From Candidatus Shapirobacteria bacterium (lineage in GTDB: Bacteria; Patescibacteriota; Microgenomatia; UBA12405), in assembly GCA_017992115.1 (NCBI GenBank), contig JAGOPG010000003.1, positions 1 through 40,137 on the forward strand: 40,137 nucleotides of DNA, read 5' to 3'. The stretch's first letter is position 1. Each line of letters begins with the position of its first letter. Positions 25,417 to 35,738 of this stretch are shown here, piece after piece. The translations under genes were made by a program, and so were the position numbers. The notes under the pieces are model-generated. The model made no database searches and was not told where the DNA came from. It worked only from the letters and a program-made list of their open reading frames with translations.

Positions 25417-27365
25417 TAAAGGGAAAGGCGTATAGTTTTGTCTCCTGACCAGGAAAAATCTTGGTATTTTTGACCATTGACTGTCAGTTCATAGTCAACG
25501 GGCTTGGTACCAGGTTGTTTTTGCAAAAGAAGGATGTAATTTTTATCAGGTTTTACTGAAGATGTGTATTCTATGGTAACTTTATTACTTGATTCAGCGT
25601 AAAGAGGATATTTATTTCCATAGAAACCTTCGAAAACTTGTTTACCCAGTTCCTCATATTTTATAGGCTCAATTTCTGAACCTGTCATTTTAGTTAAATC
25701 ACTGCCTATAGGCACATAGAATCTAAATAGGTTTCGGTAGGCAGAAGCGTTAAGGCATAAGCCACTAGTTCTTTCTAAATTACAATTAGAGGCTTTGGTA
25801 GGATTGGTGTAAGTAATGGTAAATTTGTGTTTCACTTGACCATTTTTGGAATCGAGTTCGTGTTTAATTTTTTGAGTAACAAAAATATTGCTTTTTGCGG
25901 AATCAAAGCTAGCGTCATTGAGATGAAAATAATCGGTTTTTGCATCGCTTTGAGTGATTTGGCCAGCGATATTGGTAGCTATAGCGGCTTGTTGCAAGTC
26001 TTCGTCGGTGAAATAAAAAAGGATGTGTTTTTGGTAAACGTTGTCAAAGAAAGCTTGTGCTAAACCGGGCATTTTTTCTTTTCCTGAACCCATAGCATTG
26101 GCCAGAAGTGACTGCATAACTGGTCCTAAAAAGCCCTTTCTATCAGCTTCAATATAATTGCGGGGGCGGCCGGCAATCCACTGGAGGTCATAAATGACTT
26201 TAGGGCAACCATCACAACGGGGGTCCGGGTCAGCGGTGAATGTTCCAACTCGGGTATCTAGTTTTCCCAAGACTTTGACAACATCAACTAAAACTTTGGT
26301 GTCGATAGCAATTACGGCATCAAATTTGTTTTTGTTCCCCATAGCTTTATAGTATTGTTCTAAAAATATTTTGGCATCGGTTGGAAAATCCGGGGATAGG
26401 TTGGAGTCACGTAAAAATAGATATGATGGTTTGAGTTGGTATGATTTTAGAATTCTGGGTGCGGGGGTGGTGCTGGAAAGTCGGTCGTCTAAATCATAAA
26501 TATTGCTGGCTGTACCCGGAGTTACCTTTCCGTCTTTCATGGTTATCGTGGCATATGCTGTCCAAAAACCACCACTAGGGCGGAGTTCTCCGTCATTTTG
26601 GAAAATTATTAAATAATTTCTGGCTTTATCTTTTCCTAATAGCCAAGAAGTTTTGTTGAGAAGAGGACGGCCTTCGTAAAGATATTTTTTGATTTCCGAA
26701 AGACCATCTTGAAGCTGGTTGTAGCTTTGGTGAAGGGCAATACCCTGGTATGTTTCAGGATAGCGTTGGATATCGATTTCACCAACTAATTTGCTGATTT
26801 GATTCAGTTTTTCGTTAATTAAATCGAAGTGCGGTATTAGACCTTCAATTGACTGGGTAAGAAAAGTAATCCTGTCTTCGGTGGTTTCGGCACTGCTAGT
26901 ACCTGATCCCTTTAGGCCAAGAAAATCCTGATAAGGTTCTACCGCTTTTATAAGTATGTCTCCAGTGTCGAGTGAGTCTTTACCAATTTGAACCACATTT
27001 TTGGCATCGTGGTAATAGTTGTTGGCCACGGGAAGAACTTTTAGATAAGACATATGATTGAGTTTATTACCAATTTCATTGACTTGAGTATGAATTTGCC
27101 CCAAAATTTCCTTACTTTGGTTTAAATCTTTATCGGAAATAGCACTACGGAGATTGGTGGCTAAAACTTTGGTTTGATTTACATTGGCCATGAGTTTTTT
27201 ACCGGGAAGATAGAGAAAAAAGAAAAAAAGTAGTGATAGTCCAAGAATAATAGCGCCAAAAATAATTAAAAGGCGTACCAGTGTTTTATTCGTTTTTTTA
27301 GGTGTTTTTTTTTCGATATCTACTTTGGTGTTTTTAGCCGTTGTAAATTTGGCAGGAAGTTGCAT
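25416..27365 (-). CDS. DUF4012-domain membrane-anchored protein
   Basis: Single N-terminal TM. NYLIIFQNDGELRPSGGFWTAYATITMKDGKV matches the DUF4012 core (QN.AE.R..GG). It sits next to a sugar transferase, as is common for this family. Confidence 0.65.
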   Translation of the reverse strand: MQLPAKFTTAKNTKVDIEKKTPKKTNKTLVRLLIIFGAIILGLSLLFFFFLYLPGKKLMANVNQTKVLATNLRSAISDKDLNQSKEILGQIHTQVNEIGNKLNHMSYLKVLPVANNYYHDAKNVVQIGKDSLDTGDILIKAVEPYQDFLGLKGSGTSSAETTEDRITFLTQSIEGLIPHFDLINEKLNQISKLVGEIDIQRYPETYQGIALHQSYNQLQDGLSEIKKYLYEGRPLLNKTSWLLGKDKARNYLIIFQNDGELRPSGGFWTAYATITMKDGKVTPGTASNIYDLDDRLSSTTPAPRILKSYQLKPSYLFLRDSNLSPDFPTDAKIFLEQYYKAMGNKNKFDAVIAIDTKVLVDVVKVLGKLDTRVGTFTADPDPRCDGCPKVIYDLQWIAGRPRNYIEADRKGFLGPVMQSLLANAMGSGKEKMPGLAQAFFDNVYQKHILFYFTDEDLQQAAIATNIAGQITQSDAKTDYFHLNDASFDSAKSNIFVTQKIKHELDSKNGQVKHKFTITYTNPTKASNCNLERTSGLCLNASAYRNLFRFYVPIGSDLTKMTGSEIEPIKYEELGKQVFEGFYGNKYPLYAESSNKVTIEYTSSVKPDKNYILLLQKQPGTKPVDYELTVNGQKYQDFSWSGDKTIRLSL

Positions 27366-27384
27366 AGATAAATTTTATCATATG

Positions 27385-28053
27385 TCACCATCTGGAAATC
27401 ATGGCGAAGGGAGTCTTGAGAATGATGAGAATTTCCTGACGAATGGAACGGCGTTTGATGTACTCCGAATCCATTTGGGAACGTTTTTCAAAGGGTAATT
27501 CATTTCGACCGGATACCTGCCAGGGGCCGGTGATACCGGGTTTTACAGAGCGAATATCGTTTATATATTTTTTAGTATGTGGATATTTTTTGGAATATTC
27601 ATCGAGTTCAGCGTCGCGATAAGCTCTGGGACCAACTAAACTCATTTCCCCTTTTAATACATTTATAAATTGGGGCATTTCATCGATAGACGTATTGCGG
27701 ATAAATTTGCCAATGGGAGTAACTCGAGGATCTTCACTGGTAGAAAGCTTCCAATCATTAGCTTTATATTTTTCCCAAAGTTTGGGGTAATTCTCCTTAA
27801 GATATTTATCATTATCACCAATTCTCATGGAGCGAAATTTATACATAAAAAATTCCCGGTTTTGACCGACACGTTTTTGTTTGAAAATCACCGGTCCGGG
27901 TGAGGTTAGTTTGATAATCAGGGAAACGATTAACATTATTGGTGAAAAAATAATCAGGAGTATCAGGGAACTAAAAATATCAATGGTTCTTTTGATAGGC
28001 TTAAATAGGAAAACCCGGAGTTTGTATAAAGGAACCTTTTGATTATTACCCAT
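27385..28053 (-). CDS. polyprenyl-phosphate sugar-1-phosphate transferase (small bacterial sugar transferase / PGT)
   Basis: PGPVIFKQKRVGQN..FFMYKFRSM, DEMPQFINVLKGEMSLVGPRA and PGITGPWQVSGRN. Confidence 0.88.
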   Translation of the reverse strand: MGNNQKVPLYKLRVFLFKPIKRTIDIFSSLILLIIFSPIMLIVSLIIKLTSPGPVIFKQKRVGQNREFFMYKFRSMRIGDNDKYLKENYPKLWEKYKANDWKLSTSEDPRVTPIGKFIRNTSIDEMPQFINVLKGEMSLVGPRAYRDAELDEYSKKYPHTKKYINDIRSVKPGITGPWQVSGRNELPFEKRSQMDSEYIKRRSIRQEILIILKTPFAMISRW

Positions 28054-29137
28054 ATTTTCCAGTAAAAAACTTTTTTAATTCAGGATCGGCTACCATTTTG
28101 GTGATCAGGTCTCTGACCTGATATGAGCCTCCATTTTTTAAATTACATACGAGTAGGGCATCTGGAGTATCGATAATGGCGGTATCTTCCATGTTGACTA
28201 AACCAATTATTTTTTTTGCCGGAGTATGAACTAAACAATTTTTAGAATCAACAAAGACAACTTTTTGGTTTTTGTTTAAAGCAGTTATAGGTTGTTTTTT
28301 GGTGGTAAGAAGTTGAAGAATTGCTGACCATTGGCCAACATCATTCCACGAAAAAGAAACTGGTATGGAAATTAATTCTTTTGATTTTTCTGAAATAGCT
28401 GTATCAATGGCCAGGTTTCTGGATAAAGAATAAATTTTGGCCAATACTTTGGGATTATTTGGATGCTGGTAAATTTGATCAAAGAGTGGCAAATAATCTT
28501 TGGCATATTTCTTAAATTCGCCCAAGAGTGTGGTAATTTTGTAGGTATATATACCACTATTCCAATAACAATTTTGTTGAGAGATAAGTTTTAATGCTTG
28601 GGGAATAGAGGGTTTTTCAATAAACTTTGTAATCAGAAAATTTTTTCCGGTTAAAAAATAGCCATAGGCAGGGTTTGGAGAGGTGGGATTAATCCCAAAA
28701 AGGATAATTTTTGACTGTTTGGCTAATTGAAATGATTTGTTGATATCTTTTATGAAGTTATCAATTTTGCCGATGTAATGGTCAGAGGGGAAACTGGTAA
28801 TGATTGCTTCGGGGTTGAGGCGGCTAATAACAGCAGAGGCAAAAATCAGAGCCATAGCAGTGTTTTTTTTGTCCGGCTCACATAAAATTTGAGAAAGAGG
28901 AAAATTTTTGCCTAAATCTTTGCGGATAAGAGAAAGATACTTTTGATTGGTGACGATATAGATATTTTTTTGAGGGACTATTTTTTTGGCACGGAGAAAA
29001 GTTTCTTTTAGGATTGAGTTATTGGAAAATATTTTAAGAAATTGCTTCGGAAAAGCAACTCGTGATAAGGGCCAAAGTCGTGGACCGGTACCACCGCAAA
29101 GGATGACTATGTAGTGGTTTTTATTTTTTGTTGCCAT
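28046..29137 (-). CDS. manC: mannose-1-phosphate guanylyltransferase (ManC/CpsB-like, no cupin isomerase domain)
   Basis: VILCGGTGPRLWPLSR..FPKQFL nucleotidyltransferase signature. 363 aa. Confidence 0.8.
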   Translation of the reverse strand: MATKNKNHYIVILCGGTGPRLWPLSRVAFPKQFLKIFSNNSILKETFLRAKKIVPQKNIYIVTNQKYLSLIRKDLGKNFPLSQILCEPDKKNTAMALIFASAVISRLNPEAIITSFPSDHYIGKIDNFIKDINKSFQLAKQSKIILFGINPTSPNPAYGYFLTGKNFLITKFIEKPSIPQALKLISQQNCYWNSGIYTYKITTLLGEFKKYAKDYLPLFDQIYQHPNNPKVLAKIYSLSRNLAIDTAISEKSKELISIPVSFSWNDVGQWSAILQLLTTKKQPITALNKNQKVVFVDSKNCLVHTPAKKIIGLVNMEDTAIIDTPDALLVCNLKNGGSYQVRDLITKMVADPELKKFFTGKYG

Positions 29138-30246
29138 AGGTGATCGACGGTTTGTTTAAAGTGTAGCATAAAGAGATGATGGTCAAAACGAAGTGCGTGG
29201 GTTCGACAGCTTTGGCTGTTTATATCTAAACTCAGGTATTTTTCGACTGCTTTTCGAAGAGATTCGGGGGTTGCTTGATTAAAAAAAACTCCGGTTTGGT
29301 TTTTGATTACAGTTTCAGTGGCGCCTCCCTTTTGATAAGCGATTACTCCCCTACCACAGGCCTGAACTTCAAGAGCGGTCAATCCAAAATCTTCTTCCTG
29401 GGGATGTATCAGGGCTTGGCAGTTTTGATATAGAGATAATAGTTTCTTTTCACCAACAGAATCTAAGAAAATTATATTTGAATATGGAGAAGCTATTTTT
29501 TTTAAGTAATTTTGATTGCGACCAATGCCGACAATTTTGAGTTTATAGGGCAATTTAGAAAAAGCCTGGATGGCTAAATCAATATTTTTGTGGGATACAA
29601 GACGAGATACAATTAAAAAATATTTTTTAGGTTTCAGTTTATTGGGAATAAATTTTTTGGTATCAATTCCGGGATAAATTACTTTTGCGCTTCTTCCATA
29701 TGCGCGCTTAATTCTTGAAGCTACAGTTCTGGAGTTACACAACAGATAATCGGGGCGTTGTCCGTATATGTAATCAGATTTGCGATATTTTTTCAGAGGT
29801 CCTTTTAAAAGTGGTGGTGAATGTTGGTAAAGATAACGATTAACATTGTGAAAATAACAAATAAAAAGAGTGGATGGTAGAGTTAAAAAAGAATGGCCGA
29901 CATGAGAGGTGGTAGAAATTAGGATATCGTAATTGGAAAAATCAATTTTTTCCAGGGCAAACGAATAAAATGGAGTATAAAGTAATTTATTTTTTAAATT
30001 TAAGGAATATACAACTCTATTTTTTGGAAGCCAAGGAGTTTTTTGGGGGTCATAATCCAAAGTAAATATGTCGGCATGGGGATAAAGCTTGAGAATATCT
30101 AATAAAACTCTTTCAGCGCCACCCCACTGGTTGAGCCAGTCGTAATAAATTGCAATCTTTAAATTTTCAGTCTTCAAATTTAGATTTTCAATTAATAATC
30201 TGTTTATAAAAATCGAGGGTTTTTTGAGCGGTGAAACTCCAGTCAT
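29107..30246 (-). CDS. glycosyltransferase family 4
   Basis: KIAIYYDWLNQWGGAERVL N-terminus and HPQEEDFGLTALEVQACGRGVIA (E-x7-E). The real start may be TTG 30177, just after the upstream stop, rather than 30246. Confidence 0.75.
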   Translation of the reverse strand: MTGVSPLKKPSIFINRLLIENLNLKTENLKIAIYYDWLNQWGGAERVLLDILKLYPHADIFTLDYDPQKTPWLPKNRVVYSLNLKNKLLYTPFYSFALEKIDFSNYDILISTTSHVGHSFLTLPSTLFICYFHNVNRYLYQHSPPLLKGPLKKYRKSDYIYGQRPDYLLCNSRTVASRIKRAYGRSAKVIYPGIDTKKFIPNKLKPKKYFLIVSRLVSHKNIDLAIQAFSKLPYKLKIVGIGRNQNYLKKIASPYSNIIFLDSVGEKKLLSLYQNCQALIHPQEEDFGLTALEVQACGRGVIAYQKGGATETVIKNQTGVFFNQATPESLRKAVEKYLSLDINSQSCRTHALRFDHHLFMLHFKQTVDHLWQQKIKTTT

Positions 30247-31315
30247 ATTTTTGATATTGTTTTTGACCGAGTTTAATTAAGCGATTTCGAAGAGGTAAAT
30301 TATTTTTAAGTTTGCTGATAGTTTTAACCAGAGATTGAGTACTGTATGGATTAAAATACAGTGCAGCTGGACCATAAATTTCCGGTAAGCAACTTGCCTT
30401 GGCTGCAATTACCGGACAATTGAGAGCCATTGCTTCTAAACCAGTGAGACTGAAACCTTCCATTAATGAAGGGTGAACTAAAGCCAAAGCGTGAGAGTAT
30501 AATTTTGAAAAATCAGAATCGGGAACAAAGCCAAGAAATTCGACTTGGGAAGTAAGTTTCTCTCTTTTAATTTGAGCTTCAATTTTTTGGGTAAAAACAC
30601 TTCTGGCGCAAATAATTTTCAGTTTTATTTTAGGTAATTTTTTTAAGGCCTTAAAAACAATAGTGATGTTTTTGTGAGGATAAAGATTGCCTGTATATAA
30701 AAGATAATTTTCAGTTTTCAATTTACAATTATCAATATGTGGGCGATTTTTTTTGATAAAAATGGGATCGACGGCTTCGTGAGTAGTAATAATTTTATGT
30801 GGGTTGAAAGAATATTTTTTTATAATGAAATCACGCCAAAAATCGCTGGGGACAATGACAAAACTCGTCCACAAAATAATCCGGGTCATTAGAAGATATC
30901 CAAAATATTTTGGCCAATAAAGAAATGGGCTTTTGGTGGTGGTTTCCCCTCCTTTGGAAAAATGTCGAATAAGATCATGGATGGTAACTGCTGATTTACC
31001 AAAATATAAAATGGGTTTATCTAAATGAGTAAAATGGGTTAAATCCGGTTTTAATTGTCTGATAAAAAAGGGTAAAAATAATTGTTCTTTTAGAGAATAA
31101 TGTCGGTATTTGCAAACGCGATAATTAAAAGAGTTCCCTAAATCACTTTTTATTTCATTTAGTAATTCTGGATAAACTAAAAGGGTAAAATTAAACTTAT
31201 TAAATTCAGGTAAATCTTTTAAAGCAATCAGTAAATTTTTTGTATAACGACCTAAACCGGTATGTTTTGGACCATAAAGTCGGGCGTCAATGACAATATG
31301 TTTTTTTTGTTTCAT
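30188..31315 (-). CDS. glycosyltransferase family 4
   Basis: HPSLMEGFSLTGLEAMALNCPVIAA (E-x7-E) and the N-terminal IVIDARLYGPKHTGLGRY. Confidence 0.8.
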   Translation of the reverse strand: MKQKKHIVIDARLYGPKHTGLGRYTKNLLIALKDLPEFNKFNFTLLVYPELLNEIKSDLGNSFNYRVCKYRHYSLKEQLFLPFFIRQLKPDLTHFTHLDKPILYFGKSAVTIHDLIRHFSKGGETTTKSPFLYWPKYFGYLLMTRIILWTSFVIVPSDFWRDFIIKKYSFNPHKIITTHEAVDPIFIKKNRPHIDNCKLKTENYLLYTGNLYPHKNITIVFKALKKLPKIKLKIICARSVFTQKIEAQIKREKLTSQVEFLGFVPDSDFSKLYSHALALVHPSLMEGFSLTGLEAMALNCPVIAAKASCLPEIYGPAALYFNPYSTQSLVKTISKLKNNLPLRNRLIKLGQKQYQKYDWSFTAQKTLDFYKQIIN

Positions 31316-32268
31316 AAATATTTTGCTTTAAAAATACGGTATTTTTCGAGTAAATTTATACCAGCCCAAACAAAAGGGCGGATAATTTCTGGGTAATTGT
31401 CGATTAAGTTATTTTGATAAAAAATGCGCATGGCTTGGGTGCTTGCCAAAGCAGTTTTAAGTTTGGTGTTTCGTTTTGCAGGTGATAATTTTCTAGAGTG
31501 GGAAACGATGCCTGACGATATTCCCTGATAGTGATAGGCTTTAGCAGCGGGATAAAAGTATAGGCTAAAACCATGTTTTTTTAGTTGCCAGCAAAGATCG
31601 AGATCTTCACCGTAAAAGAAATAGTTTTCGTTCCACCAGCCAATTTCTTCACCAACGGAGCGTTTAAGCATAATAAAAGCACCGACACAGGCATCAATTT
31701 TTTGAGTTTTAGAAAAATCTAAATGGCCAGAAAAATAACCATTAAAAAATTTACTTTTGGGAAATAATTTTGGCAGACCAAAGCCAAAGAAATGCCAAAA
31801 AGAATTTAGAGGGGTGGGAAAAGAACGGTGGGATTCCGGTTGGGTTTTACCAGATGTAACTAGTATAAGGTCACAGGTGGCGGCGTCAACATGTGGGTTT
31901 TTTTTAAAAAAATCGAGCATTTTTTTGAAAGTATCTGGTTCTACTGTGGTATCTGGATTGAGAAACAAGACGTGGCTAGACATGGGATTGGTACTTTTTA
32001 ATGCCCGATTATTCCCGGTAGAAAAACCATAATTTCTGGGTAATTTTTTATAAATTAAGTTAAATTTTGAAGAGGTAGGGTTTTGTTTTTTGGCTAAGGA
32101 AAAACTATTGTCGGTTGATGCATTGTCGGCAACAATGACCTCGATGTGATATTGACCTAATTTAGATTTTAAAATACTGTCGACACATTTTGCCAAAAAA
32201 TTTTTTGAGTTGTAGTTTAAAATAATTACTGAAAGGTCGATATTATTTTTTTCTAGTAATGCTGTCAT
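31312..32268 (-). CDS. glycosyltransferase family 2
   Basis: LSVIILNYNSKNFLAKCVDS, VADNASTDNS, FLNPDT and a YGEDLDLC-type motif. Confidence 0.8.
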   Translation of the reverse strand: MTALLEKNNIDLSVIILNYNSKNFLAKCVDSILKSKLGQYHIEVIVADNASTDNSFSLAKKQNPTSSKFNLIYKKLPRNYGFSTGNNRALKSTNPMSSHVLFLNPDTTVEPDTFKKMLDFFKKNPHVDAATCDLILVTSGKTQPESHRSFPTPLNSFWHFFGFGLPKLFPKSKFFNGYFSGHLDFSKTQKIDACVGAFIMLKRSVGEEIGWWNENYFFYGEDLDLCWQLKKHGFSLYFYPAAKAYHYQGISSGIVSHSRKLSPAKRNTKLKTALASTQAMRIFYQNNLIDNYPEIIRPFVWAGINLLEKYRIFKAKYL

Positions 32269-33466
32269 AAATTTCGTTAAGCCCTTCTACGCATTTGGCA
32301 AAAGAATAATTGTTTTTTATTAATTTGCGGGCATTATTACCTATTTTTAGGCGTAATTTTTTGTCTTTAAAAAGTTTGAGGACATTTTTATGAATATCTT
32401 TTCCCGGGCAGACAATGGCGTCTTGGTAATTTTTAAATTTAATACTACCCATACCTCCCTCGGGAGTAGTGATTACCGGCAGACCAAAAGTCATACCTTC
32501 TAAAAATTTGTTACGGGTACCTCCTCCACTTCCCATAGGGGCCAAAAGCAACCAACAATGTTCATAATAATATTGTGGATCATGTGCTTGGCCGTCGGTG
32601 TCAGCTTCGGTGATGATGATGTCTTTAGAGGCGTATTTACCAAAGAAATCTGGAGCAAAACGACCAACAATATATAGTTTACAGTCGGGAACATCCTTTT
32701 TAATTTTTTGCCAATATTTATCGAGAATTAACTCGGCGGATTCCCGGTTTTGCATCCATTTCATATTGGAAACACCAAAGAGAATGCTAGGAAATTTCGA
32801 TTTTTTGGTTTTAAGAGGAGCGTCGATGTATTTTTGATCGACACCATTTTCAAAATAGCGAATGTCTTTTCGCCCGGTAGTTTGAGAGATAATTTTTTGA
32901 TCTTCAATTCCGAAGGCAACTACAGTATGTGTGTTTTTCCAATAATAGGTTTCCCAGTGTTTCATTTTGGCGACATCAAATTTAAGAAGTGGAGTTAAAA
33001 GCTTTTTGAAACCAGTAAGACTATTGACATAATGTTGATAAACGGCGTATTCGATGGTTAAATCGACTAATACTACTGGAACATCAGTTTTGGGAATATT
33101 GGGAATGGGATAAAAACAGTCGCAATGGATGAGGTCAAATTTTTGAGAATCTAATTCTTTTTGAATTTCTCTTTTAAAGTCATCTGAAATATAGTTGATA
33201 ACCAAAAAAGGGTAAGGGCTGATGGCTGATTTGAGAACTTTTTTAAGGTCCCAGGTTTTACCCCTTTTGACAACCACAACTTTTTGACAATATTGGCGAA
33301 TATCTTCTACCCCTTCTTCGTCACGGCTAAAACAAATAAGAGTTATGTCGTTTTTTGGAGCTAGGTATTTAATAGAATAAAAGGAACTTCTTTGTCCACC
33401 AGATTGAGAGAGCCGGGGAATATATGGGGTAATCATTAATATTTTTCTCTTATGAGTTTTGGTCAT
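32243..33466 (-). CDS. GT-B fold glycosyltransferase (GT4/GT1-like)
   Basis: KILMITPYIPRLSQSGGQRS N-terminus and LLAPMGSGGGTRNKFLEGMTFGLPVITT. Confidence 0.7.
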   Translation of the reverse strand: MTKTHKRKILMITPYIPRLSQSGGQRSSFYSIKYLAPKNDITLICFSRDEEGVEDIRQYCQKVVVVKRGKTWDLKKVLKSAISPYPFLVINYISDDFKREIQKELDSQKFDLIHCDCFYPIPNIPKTDVPVVLVDLTIEYAVYQHYVNSLTGFKKLLTPLLKFDVAKMKHWETYYWKNTHTVVAFGIEDQKIISQTTGRKDIRYFENGVDQKYIDAPLKTKKSKFPSILFGVSNMKWMQNRESAELILDKYWQKIKKDVPDCKLYIVGRFAPDFFGKYASKDIIITEADTDGQAHDPQYYYEHCWLLLAPMGSGGGTRNKFLEGMTFGLPVITTPEGGMGSIKFKNYQDAIVCPGKDIHKNVLKLFKDKKLRLKIGNNARKLIKNNYSFAKCVEGLNEIYDSITRKK

Positions 33467-34851
33467 GATTTGATTTCTAAATTTTGATAATAAAGGCCCA
33501 TGATTATCCAGATAGTATAGGCTACTTTGGACGCTTCAAAAATATCGATAAAGACGGCATTTGCCCAAATGCAGGCTGTGGCAGAAAGGAAAATTAAGGC
33601 CAATTGTGATTGAAGAGAGGAATTTTTTTTGCCGATATAGGGTATAGTACAAATGAAAAAATAAACAAAAATAAGGCTAAAGGTAACAAATCCGAATATC
33701 CCAGATTCTCCCAAGAATCGGAGATAATCGTTGTCGGTGGCTAAGGTGATTGAACCTAGGCCAGTGCCAGTAAGAGGATTTTTGCGAAAGGCGGAAATGG
33801 CGCGTGGCCATTCGACATTAAAACGAATTTCGCCAGATCGGGCAACACCAATATCAGCATCAACAGGAATAAATTCTTCTTCTGGAGGATGACGGAATAC
33901 TGTTGGTGTAATTTTTGTCTGTTTAATGGGGATTGTGGTAATAACTGGAGTGGGGGTGGTTTCGACAGGTATGGTGGGAACCGAACTTGTACCAGGTTTT
34001 GAAATAGTGCTTTTAAATGCGGGAATGGTGGCTATAAGTCGTTGGCGAAGGTCTTTGGAGTTGACAATACTAAATATAACCAAAAGTGAAACTGGAATAA
34101 TCCATAAATATTTTCTTAGTAATATCAAGGCAAAAATGACGGCTCCCCAAAAGGCAAAAATAGAAATTCGGGAAGCGGTTAATGTCAAAATATGAAAACC
34201 TAAAAGAAATATAAGAAGAGAGGCAATTTTGAGCCACTTATTTTTGATGATTAGACCGACGCAAAAAACGATGACTAAAACAACGCTAAGGTAGGCTGCT
34301 AAATCATAATGGCCGGCAAAGGTGGAACTGATTCTGGTCCAGACATTCATTTGAAGTAATTGCCCCTTTGAAAATTCCTCATTCATGGTGGAAATGACCG
34401 GAAAATTGAAATATCTTTGCCCATAACCATAAAAAATGACTCCCAACATGGTAAAAAGCAAAAAAATGTAGGGGAATAGAAAATCACGGCGTTTTTTGAC
34501 GGCTTCTATAGCTATGAAAAAGACAGACATATATTCAAAACGACGAAAAGCATTTAAAAGTAGCATTTCGGTCGATGTCGTTTGATATATTAAAATCGCA
34601 TTGAGGGTACTGATAAGAATAGCGATAAAATAGGCAATAAACAAAGGTGTAATTTTCTTTTTTAAAACGGGAAAGCGGTTTTTAATCTGATAAAGAAGCC
34701 AAATAAATAGAAAAAGAGCCAATACAATATCATCTAAGCGGATGGCTACATAAGTTGACTGGACACTGAAAAGTGGAAATTTAGGATAGAGCGGAATAAA
34801 GCAAATGAGTACCGCTAATATTATCCGGAAAATATTTATATTTTTGAACAT
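33463..34851 (-). CDS. O-antigen ligase/polymerase-like (Wzy_C) membrane protein
   Basis: About 10 predicted TM segments. It has an LTLTASRISIFAFWG-type Wzy_C core and a large loop before the last TM segments. It lies inside a GT cluster. Confidence 0.6.
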   Translation of the reverse strand: MFKNINIFRIILAVLICFIPLYPKFPLFSVQSTYVAIRLDDIVLALFLFIWLLYQIKNRFPVLKKKITPLFIAYFIAILISTLNAILIYQTTSTEMLLLNAFRRFEYMSVFFIAIEAVKKRRDFLFPYIFLLFTMLGVIFYGYGQRYFNFPVISTMNEEFSKGQLLQMNVWTRISSTFAGHYDLAAYLSVVLVIVFCVGLIIKNKWLKIASLLIFLLGFHILTLTASRISIFAFWGAVIFALILLRKYLWIIPVSLLVIFSIVNSKDLRQRLIATIPAFKSTISKPGTSSVPTIPVETTPTPVITTIPIKQTKITPTVFRHPPEEEFIPVDADIGVARSGEIRFNVEWPRAISAFRKNPLTGTGLGSITLATDNDYLRFLGESGIFGFVTFSLIFVYFFICTIPYIGKKNSSLQSQLALIFLSATACIWANAVFIDIFEASKVAYTIWIIMGLYYQNLEIKS

Positions 34852-35738
34852 AGTTTTTGATAGCCGGGTATAATCAGGCTTCTTAGAGCGGCATTTATTT
34901 TTAACATATTTCTGACTAATTTATATTGATATTTGGGTTTGTGTTTTTTGAAAAAAGCCAACACTCCCTGGTACTCACGCAAAATAGGATCGCTCTTTCT
35001 TTTTGCGGAGGCGCCTCCTAAATGTACAATTTGTGGACCGATTAAATACCATAATTGTGAATGAGGTAAAGCTTGCTTCATTCGGTATTGCCATTCCATT
35101 TCTTCGCCATACATGAAAAAATTTTCATCAAATCCATGAGTTTTTTTTACAATAGAAGCTCTGACTAGGAAAAAAGCACCGGTGAGCCAATCCTGTGGAT
35201 GGTCTGTTTTATAATATTTTTCACGAAGATAAAATTGGGGTGGATGAGGGTGAAAAGGTTTGATAATTTTGTTGACAAAAGGGAGATCGTCGAGGCCAAG
35301 TGACCAAGTAAAAACATTGGCTAAATTGGGAAAATAACCACCACTTGGCTGGATGCTTTTATCTTTGTTTAGAAGCTGTGCAGTGCAACCATGAGCTTCC
35401 GGATGGGAAGAAAGCCAATTAAGACTTTGAGAAATGGCAGAGTGAAGAATAATGGTGTCGGAATTTAAAAATAAAAGGTAATTACCTTGAGCAATTTTGA
35501 TAGCTTGATTATTTGCTTTGGCAAAACCAAGATTGGAAGAATTTTTGACTAGATGAGTAGTAAGTAGTGAAGTAGTAAGTAGCGGAATAGTGCCATCGGT
35601 GGAGTTGTTGTCAACAACAATTATTTCGTAGGGAATATCTTTTAAACCCTTGTCAGTCTCTATAGATTTTAGGCAATTTAGGGTGATATCTTTGGTGTTG
35701 TAGGTAACAATAATGATGGAAAGTAAGGGTTTAGACAC
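34836..35738 (-). CDS. glycosyltransferase family 2
   Basis: LSIIIVTYNTKDITLNCLKSI, VVDNNSTDGT, FLNSDT and MYGEEMEW. Confidence 0.8.
   Translation of the reverse strand: MSKPLLSIIIVTYNTKDITLNCLKSIETDKGLKDIPYEIIVVDNNSTDGTIPLLTTSLLTTHLVKNSSNLGFAKANNQAIKIAQGNYLLFLNSDTIILHSAISQSLNWLSSHPEAHGCTAQLLNKDKSIQPSGGYFPNLANVFTWSLGLDDLPFVNKIIKPFHPHPPQFYLREKYYKTDHPQDWLTGAFFLVRASIVKKTHGFDENFFMYGEEMEWQYRMKQALPHSQLWYLIGPQIVHLGGASAKRKSDPILREYQGVLAFFKKHKPKYQYKLVRNMLKINAALRSLIIPGYQKLCSKI

Noticed and set aside
35553-35582. Imperfect 15-nt tandem duplication (agtagtaagtagtga / agtagtaagtagcgg) encoding LLTTS-LLTTH in a GT2 gene
   Set aside because: It is only two copies, in frame, and sits in a non-catalytic stretch. 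This looks like a small slippage duplication and not a functional repeat element.
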